NCBI RefSeq assembly: GCF_001949145.1
Contig: NW_019091360.1
Location: forward strand, 62,001 to 126,000
Length of the DNA stretch: 64,000 nt
Reading direction: 5' to 3'
From: Acanthaster planci
Taxonomy: Eukaryota
Shown here: positions 14,356-26,699 of the stretch, piece after piece
Layout: each line of letters starts with the position of its first letter
Numbering within the stretch: position 1 is the first letter of the stretch
Program-made: the position numbers and the translations under genes
The notes under the pieces: generated by a model
Database searches by the model: none
Seen by the model: the letters and a program-made list of their open reading frames with translations, nothing else
Told to the model about the DNA's origin: nothing

Positions 14356-14615
14356 CTGTGACTTGGTGAACGATTGACCATCTCAATGACACGGTGGGAC
14401 TGACAGAACAATGGTACATTCCCAAATGCAACTCGTTCCAGACTCAGGTACACTAGCTGGCCTGGCATGGGGATGGCCTGCATGGGTGGTACATCATTTA
14501 ACTCCATTCCAGCTGTCATGGGCATAGATTTTCCCATGATTCTCTTATCATAACCAACTCCAGTAAAAGTGATCAGAGCTGTGTCACCACCGATGATATG
14601 GATAGGTACATCAAC
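14356..14615 (-). CDS. CFAP65: CFAP65 exon 8 (VDVPIHIIGGDTALITFTGVGYDKRIMG...PGQLVYLSLERVAFGNVPLFCQSHRVIEMVNRSPSH)
   Basis: Acceptor tccccag, donor AG|gtatgt. 260 nt, phase 0 in and phase 2 out. Has the VDVPIHI...ALI.F.GVGY motif. Confidence 0.92.
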
Positions 14616-14667
14616 CTGGGGATGAGATATTTGTCAGATGATGCAGTAATTCTTTCCTGGGCAACAA

Positions 14668-17600
14668 TCTCCCCCTCCCCCCACCTAGAGCGGGCCGAGT
14701 CTCCTAAAGAATACCTACCCAGAGTACCAATACATTTGCATATTTCCCTCGGCTATTATGCCAGCCGCAAAGTTCTCGATCAACTAGTAGTGCACCCTCA
14801 TTTCCCACAATGCCTAGTTGATGGCCACCATGTTCTACTCTTTTTCGAAGTGCATAAGCATTAGGGCAAAGTGGGGAGGAAGGGTGGGAGAGTAGTAAAT
14901 TGGGTAGGTATTGTTCAGTAGACTCGGCCAACTCTAGGTTGGGGAGAGTCTACATCCTTCAACCTATCCAGATTACCACTACACTTGCAGAATTGTACCA
15001 CACCTGAGGTGGGTAGGCGACGTCGCACTACCATAAAGTATGTAAGTGATAATCCAAAGATATTGTGAGAATAAAAGGACTGTCAACTTAAAAACAGGAG
15101 TAAACCCTTGACTCACCTTAGGAGGTTGCTTGAGTATGGTGATAGTTGCTTGCAGGGGTATGGGATGGCCGGCATCAGAGTTACTGCAATGCTGTCCTAA
15201 AGAGGACCAGTCAATGAGAGTGGTTCCCCCTGCAACACATCACTGAGATAACGAGAGGTGAATGTTGATGGGGATTTCAAACGTGCTGATTTACAAATGT
15301 CGGTGACTTGAATCCACCTAAAATAAGCCCGGAAGGAGGACGCAGCTTGGACCTTGTGGTCACAATTATGATGTTTGTATCGCTCATCCGGGCTGGTAGG
15401 CCAAGCTCCGTTAGCAAACTTAATAATGTAGACAACCCACCTGGTAACCGTATCCCTGGAGGCCGGATGGTGAGGTTGTGTAGTGGTGATGAATAGTTGA
15501 GAGGCAGATCCCCTGATAACCTTCGTTCTTTCTATGTACCATTTCTGGGTGCAGACGGGGCACCTGAGGAAGCTGAGTGTGAACTGTGTGGGTGTGGCTG
15601 AGTGTGACTGGATTTCAGGAACAAAAATGTCCGAGGACTGAAAGAAAGTGTCTGATTTTTTGTGAGAATCCCTACTGCTGGAACAAATCATACCCAGAGT
15701 GGCTCCATCTAATGTGGCCATCATATATGAAGAAAGCTTTGATTTCACAGTCCCTCAGTTATACTTAAAGTGATACTTAATATTAAGCTTGATATTTGAG
15801 TGAAAGAGAGACCCATCATGTGGGTTTAAACGCAGGGCCAGCCAAGACTCGCAGAACATCCCCTACGTTCCAGGACAGGATGAGATTCTTAGACGGAGGG
15901 CATTCTATGAACATTAACACCCTGAGAAGGTGATGGATCGTTGAGTTGTTGGGGATGGTCGAAGTCGCTTTGGCCCTAACAGGGCGATGAGGAGGATGCA
16001 GCAGTTGTCCTATTCTATCTTGGAGAGTACCCTTGGAATGCACAACAACGGAGGGAACGTGTATGCTAGAAGCCCTTCCCAGGAGATGTATAAGGTGTTG
16101 GTCGCTCATACTTGGGGATTGAGTGCAGAAGGTCAGGAGTTGGGCATTCAGGTGGGACACAAAGAGATCCACGTGAGGCCTATCAATCATGAAGAATAGT
16201 GTCCGACTACCTCCAGTTAAAGTGTCCACTCAATAGGATGCACCATGCTTTGAGAAAGAGCATCCACTAGGTTGTTCTCTGCTCCAGGAATGTGTTCAGT
16301 GCAGAGACCTACGGAGCGTTCTATGGTCCAGTGAAGAAGGTGCCAGGGTAGGAGGCACAGGCAAGGGGAGCATGTGCCTCTCTGATGGTTGATGTATACG
16401 ACTGCTGTGGTGTTGTCTGACCACCAGGACCGTCTGCCTTCTATGAATGAGCGGAAGTGTAGGCGGGCTTAGAGGATTGCCTGTAGTCCCAAAACATTGA
16501 TGTGGGAGCCCTGAAGGAGGCCGGAAGCTTGTTGCTGGTGAAGACAGGACCCCCAGCCCATGTTTGAGGCGACTGTTTTGAACACCACGTCGTGTCTCAG
16601 GGTTGTAAAGGGGAGGCCAACAGTCAGGTTGTCTCTCACTGACCACCACGCCCAAGGCCAGAAGGTGGAGCCATGCTCTCGTATTCACCTATTGTTGAAA
16701 CATGGTGACGTACTCCACTAAGTTGTCTACACAATGTTCCATAGGCATAGGCGTAGTAAGAATGTTGTGGAGATCGAGGGTTGCACTGAGGTAGGTCAAT
16801 TTCTGGGGTGAGGTGGGTCTGGATTTGTCATGATTGATCAAGAACCCCAGATGAGATGCAAGGTTGTACATGGCTTCGGTGGCAGCGATAGTCTCATTGT
16901 TGGAGCGGGCCAACGATTAGCCAATCATCAAGGTATGGGAAAATGTTGATGTTGGAACTACTGAGGTGAGCTCCCATGGTTTTTACCATCCTGGTGAATA
17001 CTCTCGGAGAGGGGGAGAGACAGAAGGGAAGGGCACAAAACTTATATATCTGAACTTGTGATCATCACTGTGGATGGGAATATGTAGGTAGGCGTCCTTC
17101 AAGTCGATCAAGAATCCCCATGCTGAGATGACGAGAAACTGCATCATGTTGCGCAGGGTCTCCATCACCCCCTCCCCGTGGGATGAGGGGGACATCGGGT
17201 GGTGCCACATTGAGATTGCGTGAAGCCACTGAAGGGGCGAAAGGAGACTGGGTAGTAGCAGTCTGAAGGTCGGGAATTTGGTTGTAAGGAAGGTGACAGA
17301 TGTCTGTGCTGTCTCAGTTCCAGCCTAAAATCACGGCTGGTCTTGTGTGGAGTCTTTGGTGGCTGGCGGAAAGAGATCTTCTTGGCTGTGTCAATTCACT
17401 TTAGCTTCGGTTTACAGAAGATCCACAAATAGGCCCAAGAAAAAATCTCTGCCCAACATGGAAAGATTCTTCAGCACGAAGTTGCTGAAGTCGTATGGAA
17501 TGCTTAGAGCCCCAATGACATTTTCTCTATGGGCAGACGTAGCGCAAAAAGAAATGTAGGTAAATTGCTCAAGGACAATCAGTAGGGACACGTCAAGGCT

Positions 17601-19837
17601 ACGAAAGGACAGAGCAGCGAGGTCAAGAGAGATGTCTCAGCCCCCCACCTATGCCCAGGCTAGGAACTCAGACAGGAACAGCAGAAAAGACATGCATTTC
17701 ATGCCTGTCCGGGCTGCATGATCCACATCCCAAAATGTCTCCATCTGATTCTTGATGTTCACGGAGAAGGTGGCTAATTTGGAGGACTTGTGTCTGTCTG
17801 CTGCCATCTTGTTCTTTTCTGCATCACGAATAGCAGGCAAAGAGAGGTAGGTTTTGTAGGTAAAGTGAAAGTAACTGCTAGAATGAGTGCTGAAGGGATG
17901 CCAACATTTCACCTTAGCCAGTCTGACCATGGTGTCAATGCAAGTCAAGCGGGAGCTCTGGGAAGATGGAAATTGAGGTGTCCGTCATTCAAGTGGCACA
18001 CCTACCAGAACAAAGGATGATCCGGGGTGCCCTGTTGTGTTGTTGGAAAAGGGAGCCCAAGAATTTGGACCATCTCCTGCTGGAGTCGACGGAGGCGAGA
18101 CTCAGCCAGGGATAATCTGCCTATCGAGAGAGGTTTGTCCTTGTCTGACAACAGATCTGGATTGATGATAGTCTCAGCTGGACATGGGGCATTGGTGCCC
18201 TGTTGACTCTTGATAACTGATGGTTGATGCTGCTGTGATGGTATGGGTTTATTCTCTTGTTCTGCCCCAAGGTCTTGCGTGTACGTAGAGGGCAGAGGGG
18301 GCAAGAACTGATCCAGATTCGGGTGCGTAGTGGCTGAATGGTGAGAAGGGTAGCACTGTATGAGCATGGACAAGGTTTCCGATATGACGCGCAGCGCTTC
18401 TCTAAATGAAGGAGAATTGTCCTTATCCTTTTTCTTGGAAGGATGAACCGAGGAAGATCAGGTGTCTGACTTGCGTTTCTTCCTGGATGAGGACTCTGAC
18501 CTGGAAGGGTGCATAGAGGCCGGATTGGTCGGAGATGTATCCACAAGTGGGTTCTGTTGTGTGCGAGTGTCGCCAGGATTAATGACAGCATCGGTGTGTT
18601 GAGTAGCCTGATTAATCAGGGAAGGAGGCCAAAAGCCCCGGTAGGGAAGGAGACTGAAAGCCCTGTTGGCGAAAAAGTTCAGGAGGCTTGGTAGATCTGA
18701 CTGGAGATTAAGCATTCGTAGCCATTGCAGGCCCGGCCCCAGTAGCCATATCTGATGCAGAAGCCCCGGCAGGGCAGGAGTGTGTAGATGCTGCTGACCG
18801 CTTGGCCGTAGATTTGACAACTGGCCATGGTGAGCACGAACGGGCGTGGTATTTCAAAGGGAGAAGTGCTGTGAGACTGCCCTGTCTGGTCAATGGTCAG
18901 AGAGCGATGACTGGGCCCATGGATGATGCAGGTAGGCACTGCTGATTTCCTGGCTGTGAAGGCTCAGTGAATAGGCATGGTGAGCCGGCTAGGGTAGCAG
19001 GTTTGCCTGAGACAATACTGTGAGACCGCCCAGCCTCAGCAACAATCATGGTACGATGCCCGAGGTCACTGTAGCTCCGCTGCACCATGGGGAGTTTCTT
19101 GGTACTGCGTTGTGACTCACTATGCTCCAGTTGGCCTGTTGAGGAGAGCGAGTGGGCTAGTATTAATTCTAGCTTGGAGAGGACCTATGTACTGCCAGTA
19201 AGGGCGGTTAGAAACTTGGTGCCTATGCTTACTACTGCCATTCCAAACTGGAGCTTGAAGAGTTGGGGCCACTGGGTTGTGCCTCTCGACCTAAACATGT
19301 ACAATAACTAAATACAATGGAAAGTGACAAGAAAGGAACATTCCATCACAATCTTTATTCAGTTATAAATAAGAGATGCCAAAGAACACAACCATAAATA
19401 CAGTATGATAACCAATGCATATAGAAGTGGCACGGGAGAAAGTCTCATCACAAGCTTTACCATGGTCACAAAATGGCGACAACACACACCAATACATTCA
19501 CAATAACATAAGGCACTGAAAAGGTCTCAAAAATGGAACAGTCTTACCACAAACTGTATAACGATCAAGAATAGTTAATTGGGAAGTAGAAGTTGATTGA
19601 GAATTGGCATAGAACATAGTATAGTGAGCGCAAAAACTCTTGAAAACTGGGAGTTGGACAAAACATGGCCATTTGTAATGGCGCTAAGAAAAAGAGGAAG
19701 AACACGGTGGCCGCTTCACTAGGTATTGCGTCAGATGAGGGTGCACTACCACTTGATTGAGAATTTAGCGAATGGCGAAATGGCCTAGGGAAATATACAA
19801 ATGTATTGGTAATCTGGGAAGGTTAAGGGCAGTGGAC
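14668..19837 (-). mobile_element. DIRS1-like retrotransposon (copy B), formerly complete and now degenerate: gag-like, RT, RNase H, methyltransferase-like, tyrosine recombinase
   Basis: RT motifs IDLKDAYLHIPI, IFPYLDDW (~16921-16944) and LGFLINHDKS. MT-like PHVDLF..HLNAQL. YR motifs CPV, LFI, SRDTVTRWV, DICKSA, STFTSRY. Inverted terminal repeats at ~14720-14770 and ~19767-19820. The ICR at ~14901-14978 is complementary to both termini. Confidence 0.92.
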
Positions 19838-20116
19838 TGGATAGTTTTCCAAATACATATTTGCCTTACTTGCTCAATGGCCTTACCTAACCTCTTTACT
19901 ATGATTTTCCTGTACAATCTCCAATTACAAAGTCTGCACATTACATCCAATCCTTTAGACCATCAACTTATTTACCTGGAGGTGGGAAGCCCTCGTGTGC
20001 CACAAAGAACAACAAACTCCACCAAACAAGGGCTCTGAATTAGTGGGGGAGGGCCTCCAAAAATGTTAACAAACTAAGCAAATTGGCTTTGGCAGCTTCC
20101 TGTGCAATCTACAGTG

Positions 20117-20465
20117 CAGTGGCGTAAATTTGTGTTGGAAATTGGGGTGGGTGTGGGGTGGGGGGATGACTTACCTGGCCATGGAAACTTGAAAACTTGA
20201 TGCACCATATACACTATATTAGGGCGATGTTCATGATAAAGATGTACATCGGTAATGTGGATCACATTCATGCAGAATCTTACATCAGAATGGTATAATT
20301 ATGGCTTTCTAAACTTGCTTGCCCTTCGTAGTAAATATTGCAAACATTTTAGTTGTTGGGAAATTCTGAAACTTCTTCACAATGCACTTTAATTTATCCC
20401 ATCACCCCATCTCCAAAAATGTGTGGGAGATATATAAACCCCATCCTCCTAAGATTTACGTCATG
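20117..20465. mobile_element. Small hAT-type MITE abutting or truncating the transposase relic
   Basis: Ends CAGTGGCGTAAAT and ATTTACGTCATG. Flanks ctacagtg and ctaaagta match at 6/8. Confidence 0.6.
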
Positions 20466-21680
20466 CTAAAGTAACAGGTCTGAGCCATGGTGGGTTGACA
20501 TCTCACTTCTCAGCAAAGGGAGGAGATCAGCATAGTGATTGCACACTGATGCTCTAGAGAATTTGTTTCCTTGTAAGCAAACAGTCAGGGGCCCTGTTCT
20601 TGGATACCGGAAGTGAAGACGGCCTAGGCTGTCACCGCAATATCTTAATGTTGGTGGAGAACGGCACAGAAGGGGATCTTCGCAGTCTGGGGCATCAAAA
20701 TGTGTTCCAGATCTCGTAGGGCTAACCGATTTTGATTGCTTTTGACTTGTTGATGAAGATGGCTGATTGAGAAGTTGCATGTAACCACTTGGTATGATTT
20801 TGTAGCCTATTGCAAACTTGTGATCGGGATAGTGCACGGAATCGTTGGTCATGAAGTACCTTTTGAAACTCATTCTGCTGTCGACACAAGGGCCACTTCC
20901 TACCAGAAGCTTGTTTTTGTCATCCGTAGAACACATGGAAACTTCATCGTTGAAACATGCAGCCATTTCAAGGGCACAATTTACCGTAGCATGACAGTAA
21001 TGTGACGCATGATGATGAAGGCCCAAATCATTTCGTTTTACGCCGATCTTGGCATCAACGAGGGCATGGTATCGATGGCTTGCTGTATGTTGCCGATTAG
21101 GAGGGATGAGAAGGCACTGGATACTTCTGGTACTGATGCATAACTCAGGGATTTTCTTGACAACTTCCGTTTTCAACTGACATGCAGTTACCCCAACCAA
21201 GGACCACGTCTTTGATCGTCCATGATGAGCACCAAAACCGTGTTCTTGAAGTGTGTCGACCACTGTTGGCACAAGAGATGGGAACTTTTCATGAAACGGC
21301 TTTCTTCCATGTTTTGTGGGAATTGCACTCTGAGCAGAGATGGCAGGACCATCAAAAAGCCTTTTTCTGGACAATCTGGTCACATGTTTAGGAGGCAAAA
21401 ATACAGGACAGTCAACTGGCTTCTGCGGTGGGGAGAGGACTCTTGTAATTGGGCTGAAAATTGGGGCTCCTGGCGAGAACGATCAGCGTGGTGGAGTGAG
21501 CTCCATTTTGACTGCAAATGACATTGCCGGAATAGTTGTTGCTATGGGCAATGTGGCTTGTGTAGCTTGTTGATCAATCAGTGGCTGCAATGTTGCTCAG
21601 TGAAGCAAACAGGGTCTCATGAATGTGCTGCCTCCCCACTTCACTGTCACATCAAATACATGTACTGCTCGTACTATAAC
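20466..21680 (-). pseudogene. Zator-like (TP36/ISAzo13-related) DDE transposase, N-terminal half only
   Basis: A 310-aa ORF contains STDDKNKLLVG...YPDHKF..GYKIIPSGY, which parallels the Zator SxDDKA(K/R)VxxG...PDHD(F/W)...KLIPS motif. The frame extends upstream through two stops to a possible acceptor near 21680. The downstream catalytic motifs are missing. Confidence 0.62.
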
Positions 21681-21725
21681 CTGTGACCAGAATATTCTAT
21701 GAAATTAACCACATACGTGTTCAAA

Positions 21726-22860
21726 ATGAACACTTGCACTGGAGAAAGATTGATGGATACCCATCCTCCCAAACGTTTTGGTAAGTAAATTACATTATTT
21801 CAAAGTAGTACGTTTTTTTAGTTGAAGGTGCCACTTTTTACAAGTGCAACAAATGTTCAATGGCAACAGCTCATAAATATAGCAAATAAATTGATATCAG
21901 CATTATTTCCCTTAGAAGACGAATATAGAGCTCAAGTTCATTTTTCATGCTTATTTTCCATGACAGGCGAAGATTGTAGCAATGAATCTGATGATGATGT
22001 TCCGCTCACCGGTCTGAGAACCAAACTTTGCACCAACATTTAGAACAAACTCCAACGTCTTGTGTCCTGTACTCAGCCCGTGGTCTGTGCTATCTCTTCA
22101 ACTCCAAGTTCCCAGCTGCCATCACAGGCCGACATTCTACTGCTCATGCTTAAAATTTTGTGAGACGTTCAGGCAAAGGTGACATCGATCCAAGTGCAGC
22201 TCGATCGCCTTGAGAACTGACAAGAGAGCTTCCGTGAGGGAGTGAAGCATCTAGCTGCAAGGATCGACAACGGAGCCGTGGCCGGTGCCCTAAACACTCC
22301 TACCACATCGTTGACTATCAATGAACCTCAGACCCCGTCAGTTGACAGTAAACCTGAGCCTGCACCTCCAGTGCAAGAGTCTCAAGTCCAAGAAATACCA
22401 ACTTCAAGCTGCACCATCAACCCTCGATTTGTTCCGGGCAAGGCGCCAGACGAATATCTTCTGGGTGGCAACAAAAATATGGTTCGTTCGGTGTCGGAGT
22501 ACAAGGTCATTTGCAAGGAGGTCAAGAAAGGGAAGCGGGAAGCATCCAATGCAGACCAAGGCTGTTTGCTGTGCCTCAACTTTATGGGGAGGGAGATCCC
22601 GAAAGAGGAACCGGCCCGCAAAAATGTGACTGGAAACTCCCTGACAAAATCAACAAAAAGTTTAAAATACGGAGCCTTTGATCGGGAGATCGTACATAGC
22701 ATCTTCCAGCAGGCCAAACTGCAGTTTCCGGACTTTCATGACTGGTACACTGACCATAGATAAAAAACTGTTGAGGCAATCAACGAGCAATGCAAACAGA
22801 TTTGACAGGAGTTTTAAGGAAAACGTCTCAATCGAAGTGAGAATGCAGTTGTGAAGATTT
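21726..22860 (+). pseudogene. Two-exon coiled-coil plus BEN-domain gene with several in-frame stops and no frameshift
   Basis: Exon 1 is 21726-21780 (MNTCTGERLMDTHPPKRF G|gtaagt); the intron ends ...catgacag at 21966 with matching phase 1. Exon 2 encodes an acidic patch, a coiled coil (DVQAKVTSIQVQLDRLEN), a P/S/T-rich linker, then a BEN-like region (FMGREIPKEE..RKNVTG...AFDREIVHSIFQQAKLQFP...VEAINEQCK). AATAAA lies at ~22931. Confidence 0.7.
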
Positions 22861-24281
22861 TATTTCCAAAACGCCATTTATCTATTTGAAAAACGTCAGA
22901 ATATTTCAAAGAGATTGTGAAATTGAAAACAATAAAAACAGCATGACTGCAGTTATTTCTAAACTGCACGTAATTCATCAAGTTATATTTAGCAACCTTA
23001 AATCTGTTGAAAATGATTCCGGATAGCAAAGGAGAGGGACTGTCACGTTTTGGAAATGTCAACTATCACATTTTAGAGACTAAATAATAATAAAAACGGT
23101 TCGCAGTATAATCCATTTTGTAAATTATAATTTGTGTTTATTTTTGGTAGAACAGATCAGTAGAGTATTCGACGTTGGATTGGAAATAAAGGTGAAACAT
23201 TTCTAAAATGATTTAGTATTGAGTTTGTTTTTGTTGAGTGTTTGTTTAAAAATTTCTTTAAGGTGTAAATGAATCAGCAATATCAGCTCGCGAAGAAACT
23301 CTGGACATAATCTTTTTTAATGGAGGCGATAATTAAGTCCCAGGAAAAAAAAAAGTTTGATTGAAAGCAGCTTCTTGTACATGTACATTCATATTAAATC
23401 AAACAAAACTCAATATCCATTAATTCAAGGGTGGCCAATTGAACTGCAATGTAGTTTAAAAGCGATTGTGGCTGGGGGATACATGACTGAATATAGTATC
23501 GCTTGTGATCTTAAGTTTTCATGGATGATTTTTTTCTGCAAGATCTAGAAATGCTGCAGAGGTTCCTTGCAGAAGTCAATGAAAACAAAATAAGATACAT
23601 TGTGCTCAAAGTGGTGCAATGCTTGTAACTCGATCATAAAAGGTGGTGATGGATTTCATGTGCTGGCGAGAGTACTCGACTGTAATACGTTTGGAGATCA
23701 AACACGTTGATGACTAATGTGCCTAATTGCATGGCAGGGGCTTTGATCTCTGCCGACGAATGATTCTATTGTATAGCGCTGAAGGATTAAAAACCACAAG
23801 CAGGTTTCTTCTGGAAAAGGTGACATGTACCAGTACTTGCAAACAATAGACCCCAAGATAGAGAAGTTCGAGATCAACAGCCAGTCCAGCATCCCAGGCT
23901 GGTACCTGGACCAGTATGAAAGGGGTTTTTGCAACAGGGCGAGCTTACTGGGGGGGCCTTTTCAAACCAGGTCTAAATGGTCGCCAGCCCTTAGAAAACT
24001 TGGCAGAAATACAAATTTTTCTTCTACTACTGTGAACACTCTTTTAAGTTGGAGTTTTGCTAGTTTTCTTGAGTGTGCCTCTTCCTTTTTGATATAACTC
24101 AAAATGCCTATACAACAGTTTACAGAAAGGGGAAGCCATGTGTGAATCTCACATTAGTCTGCACAAGGTTCGCAAAACCTTCATGATGCAAACCTCTGTT
24201 GTACACAGGTCGACACTACATGTGTGTATATAAGATTGGCACACCCAGATAGGTAATACATAATAGAAGTACAGCACCTAC

Positions 24282-24395
24282 CATGTACGTCTTAGCTTCC
24301 AGGGGTGAGAATATCCACTCAACATTAGCTGTTTCCCCAGCTGAGATCTCACCGTACGGATTCAGGCACTCAAAGACTTTATGACTGAAGTTTTC
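24282..24395 (-). CDS. CFAP65: CFAP65 exon 7 ([38 protein letters not shown])
   Basis: Acceptor tttctag, donor ATG|gtaggt. 114 nt. Has the CLNP.GEI and WIFSP.EAKTY motifs. Confidence 0.93.
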
Positions 24396-24525
24396 CTAGA
24401 AATGAAGCATATTACAAACCAGATATTTTACACAAGTTTCACTGCTTGAAAAATGTGAAATCCTATGATACCTTTAATCTACAGCTGATCAGTAAACTAC
24501 ACAGTGATGTTTCCTTATGGCTTAC

Positions 24526-24714
24526 CTGCAAAGTATACTCTAAAGTTGTCAGATCAAGCTGATAAGTTACAGGAATAGCACCACCATTGTAGAGCTCATA
24601 CACCTGCTTTGGATGACTTGCCACACCAATAGGAACTGGAGCAAACATATGTTTGTTGCTGGGAAAGTGTACATACTTGCGATCAGGCTCCACTGTCACA
24701 CCCACAAAATTAAG
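24526..24714 (-). CDS. CFAP65: CFAP65 exon 6 (LNFVGVTVEPDRKYVHFPSNKHMFAPVPIG...YELYNGGAIPVTYQLD...LQ)
   Basis: Acceptor tcgtag, donor CAG|gtaagc. 189 nt, phase 0/0. Has the LNF.GVTV...KYVHF and YELYNGG..PVTY motifs. Confidence 0.93.
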
Positions 24715-25028
24715 CTACGACAGTTTGTGGAGAAAGGAGAACAGGCAAATAAAACTTATACATGTATTTCAACATGCTATTAGGTACTCAATCAAACAAA
24801 ACAGAGCATTGTACATGCGTATTAGACATTGTCACCAGATGGTTGCAGTAAAATGCAGTACCCTCTTCATGATATAATTGGATGTAACCTTCCTAATCTT
24901 TGTGCACAAGAATAAAACTGAACAAGTTTAAATGTTATCCTGTAATAGAGTATGTAATAAAAGTGATCAGATTTTTTTTTTTGGAAGAGGGGGGTGGCAG
25001 GCAGAAGGGTGGGTTAGAAGTTCCATAC

Positions 25029-25187
25029 CAGGATTTCTCTGCCTCTGGTCATTTTGAAGAGCATGGGCAGTCTGTCTGTACCAGGGAAACTATGTTTGTA
25101 AGTGAAGGTGATGGTCTGACACTGTCCTGGTCTAAGCTTGCCACAGCGAGGTTCAACACAAAACAACTTGTTGTCCATGATCCTCAT
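25029..25187 (-). CDS. CFAP65: CFAP65 exon 5 (MRIMDNKLFCVEPRCGKLRPGQCQTITFTYKHSFPGTDRLPMLFKMTRGREIL); not in the ORF track
   Basis: Acceptor aatgcag, donor CTG|gtatgg. 159 nt, phase 0/0. Has the GTD.LP.LFK...GREIL motif. Confidence 0.92.
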
Positions 25188-25784
25188 CTGCATTTCAGGA
25201 AAGACAGCATTACATTAATCCACATGGGTTGATCATGCATACATGTACATGTACATTATATCAATAATCAATTGGAGGTACAGTATGATCACCGTGCATT
25301 TTTTATCTTTCCTTTGCTATCCATTTTTTAAATAGTACAATACTGACACTCAAGTCTACCAACTTGCTGATTCAGAACTATTTCCTCTCAATATTCTATT
25401 GAAACTTACTTTACCAATCAATATGCCTCTTTAAATGTCATCCACATAGGTTTTTAACCCATGGTTGTGAAAATGGAGGAGAACATCAATGCCTTTGTAA
25501 AAACATGCTATAGTTTCAGGCTGAACTAACCACATCACAAATATCAGAGAGAGAGATGACAGAGTGCACCCCTCTCATGTGTCATGTAATCAACTAGCAC
25601 AGTCACACTCTGCAGATGCCAGACAATTAGCCACTTTTATCTAGATTCACAAACATGGCACAATTTGTCCAGCCTGCAAATGCATCTAATAAGACACAGA
25701 TGAAAAGGGCATTGGACAAGGGAGGTTTCCTCCTGCCAGCAATTACATTCTTTTTCAAGGATGGATTTGCGCCCGGGAGATGTA

Positions 25785-25983
25785 AATTAATTTTAGATTT
25801 TGCCCTGCCCGACGTGCATTTAACACTTTATACTCAGTATATGCAGCAATCGTCTGCACTACTAAGCAGGAGGTCGTGGGTTGGCGTCCCACCCAAGAAT
25901 GCTCTTTGACAAGTCTTCGGGGGCATACACTGAGTATACAGTGGTAAATACACGTCGGGCAGGGCAAAAATCCAAAATTAATT
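25785..25983. repeat. ~200-bp foldback MITE
   Basis: ~60-bp inverted arms aattaattttagattttgccctgcccgacgtg... and ...cacgtcgggcagggcaaaaatccaaaattaatt. Confidence 0.75.
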
Positions 25984-26699
25984 ATGTTCTTTTCAGGTTA
26001 CAAGTGCCTGCATTATACATATACACAACCACTGACTATTAGTGTCGACTAAATAACACATCACGTTGTACTACTTCTGGTTCCCATGCCAGACCATGTG
26101 AGTGGGTGTGGATCAAGCTGCAGTCATCCCAAAATTACAAACCCGATTTATGTAAGTTTTGGACAAGTTTGTCCATGACGTGAATTCTTCTTGAGACCAT
26201 ACTTTTAACATTTTTTGTTTTAATCAATGTATGAGAACTATGGGACATGCTTTTTCATTAAATAGTTGGGGAAAAGGTTTAACATATTGTGATATCTGGG
26301 GTTTGGAGGTAGATCGTCCACCCAGAAACCAGTATACAATGAATTTATCTTTTGAAAATCAACACGAGATTTATAAGAGGCAATTTCTGTCCACAACCAA
26401 CTGGGCCAATTTTGAAATATGCAAAGTCAAATGTTGTGTTTGTGTTGGGTTGATGATGTGTACAAGATTCCTGTCTGAAACTACAAACTGCACAAGGCTG
26501 GGGTATGATTTATTTTATGACAAAAACACCACAAATCATGCACTTAAACTTGGTGTATGGAATGATCAATGCAGAACCGTGCAAGAACATTGCATTTTGA
26601 GCATGCCCCTACAACAAGACTTGTAGTGAAGATACACTGTGCTTATAGCTGTATCTTTCCATGACGTTTTGGGGTCACCAGAGTATTATTCAAACATAA

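Noticed and set aside
18002..19088. Multiple overlapping 60-156 aa ORFs on both strands
   Set aside because: These are frameshifted pieces and antisense shadows of the GC-rich DIRS gag-like region, not independent genes.
24090..24200. Candidate right terminus for the Zator/BEN element
   Set aside because: No matching inverted copy or TWA duplication could be found on the other side.
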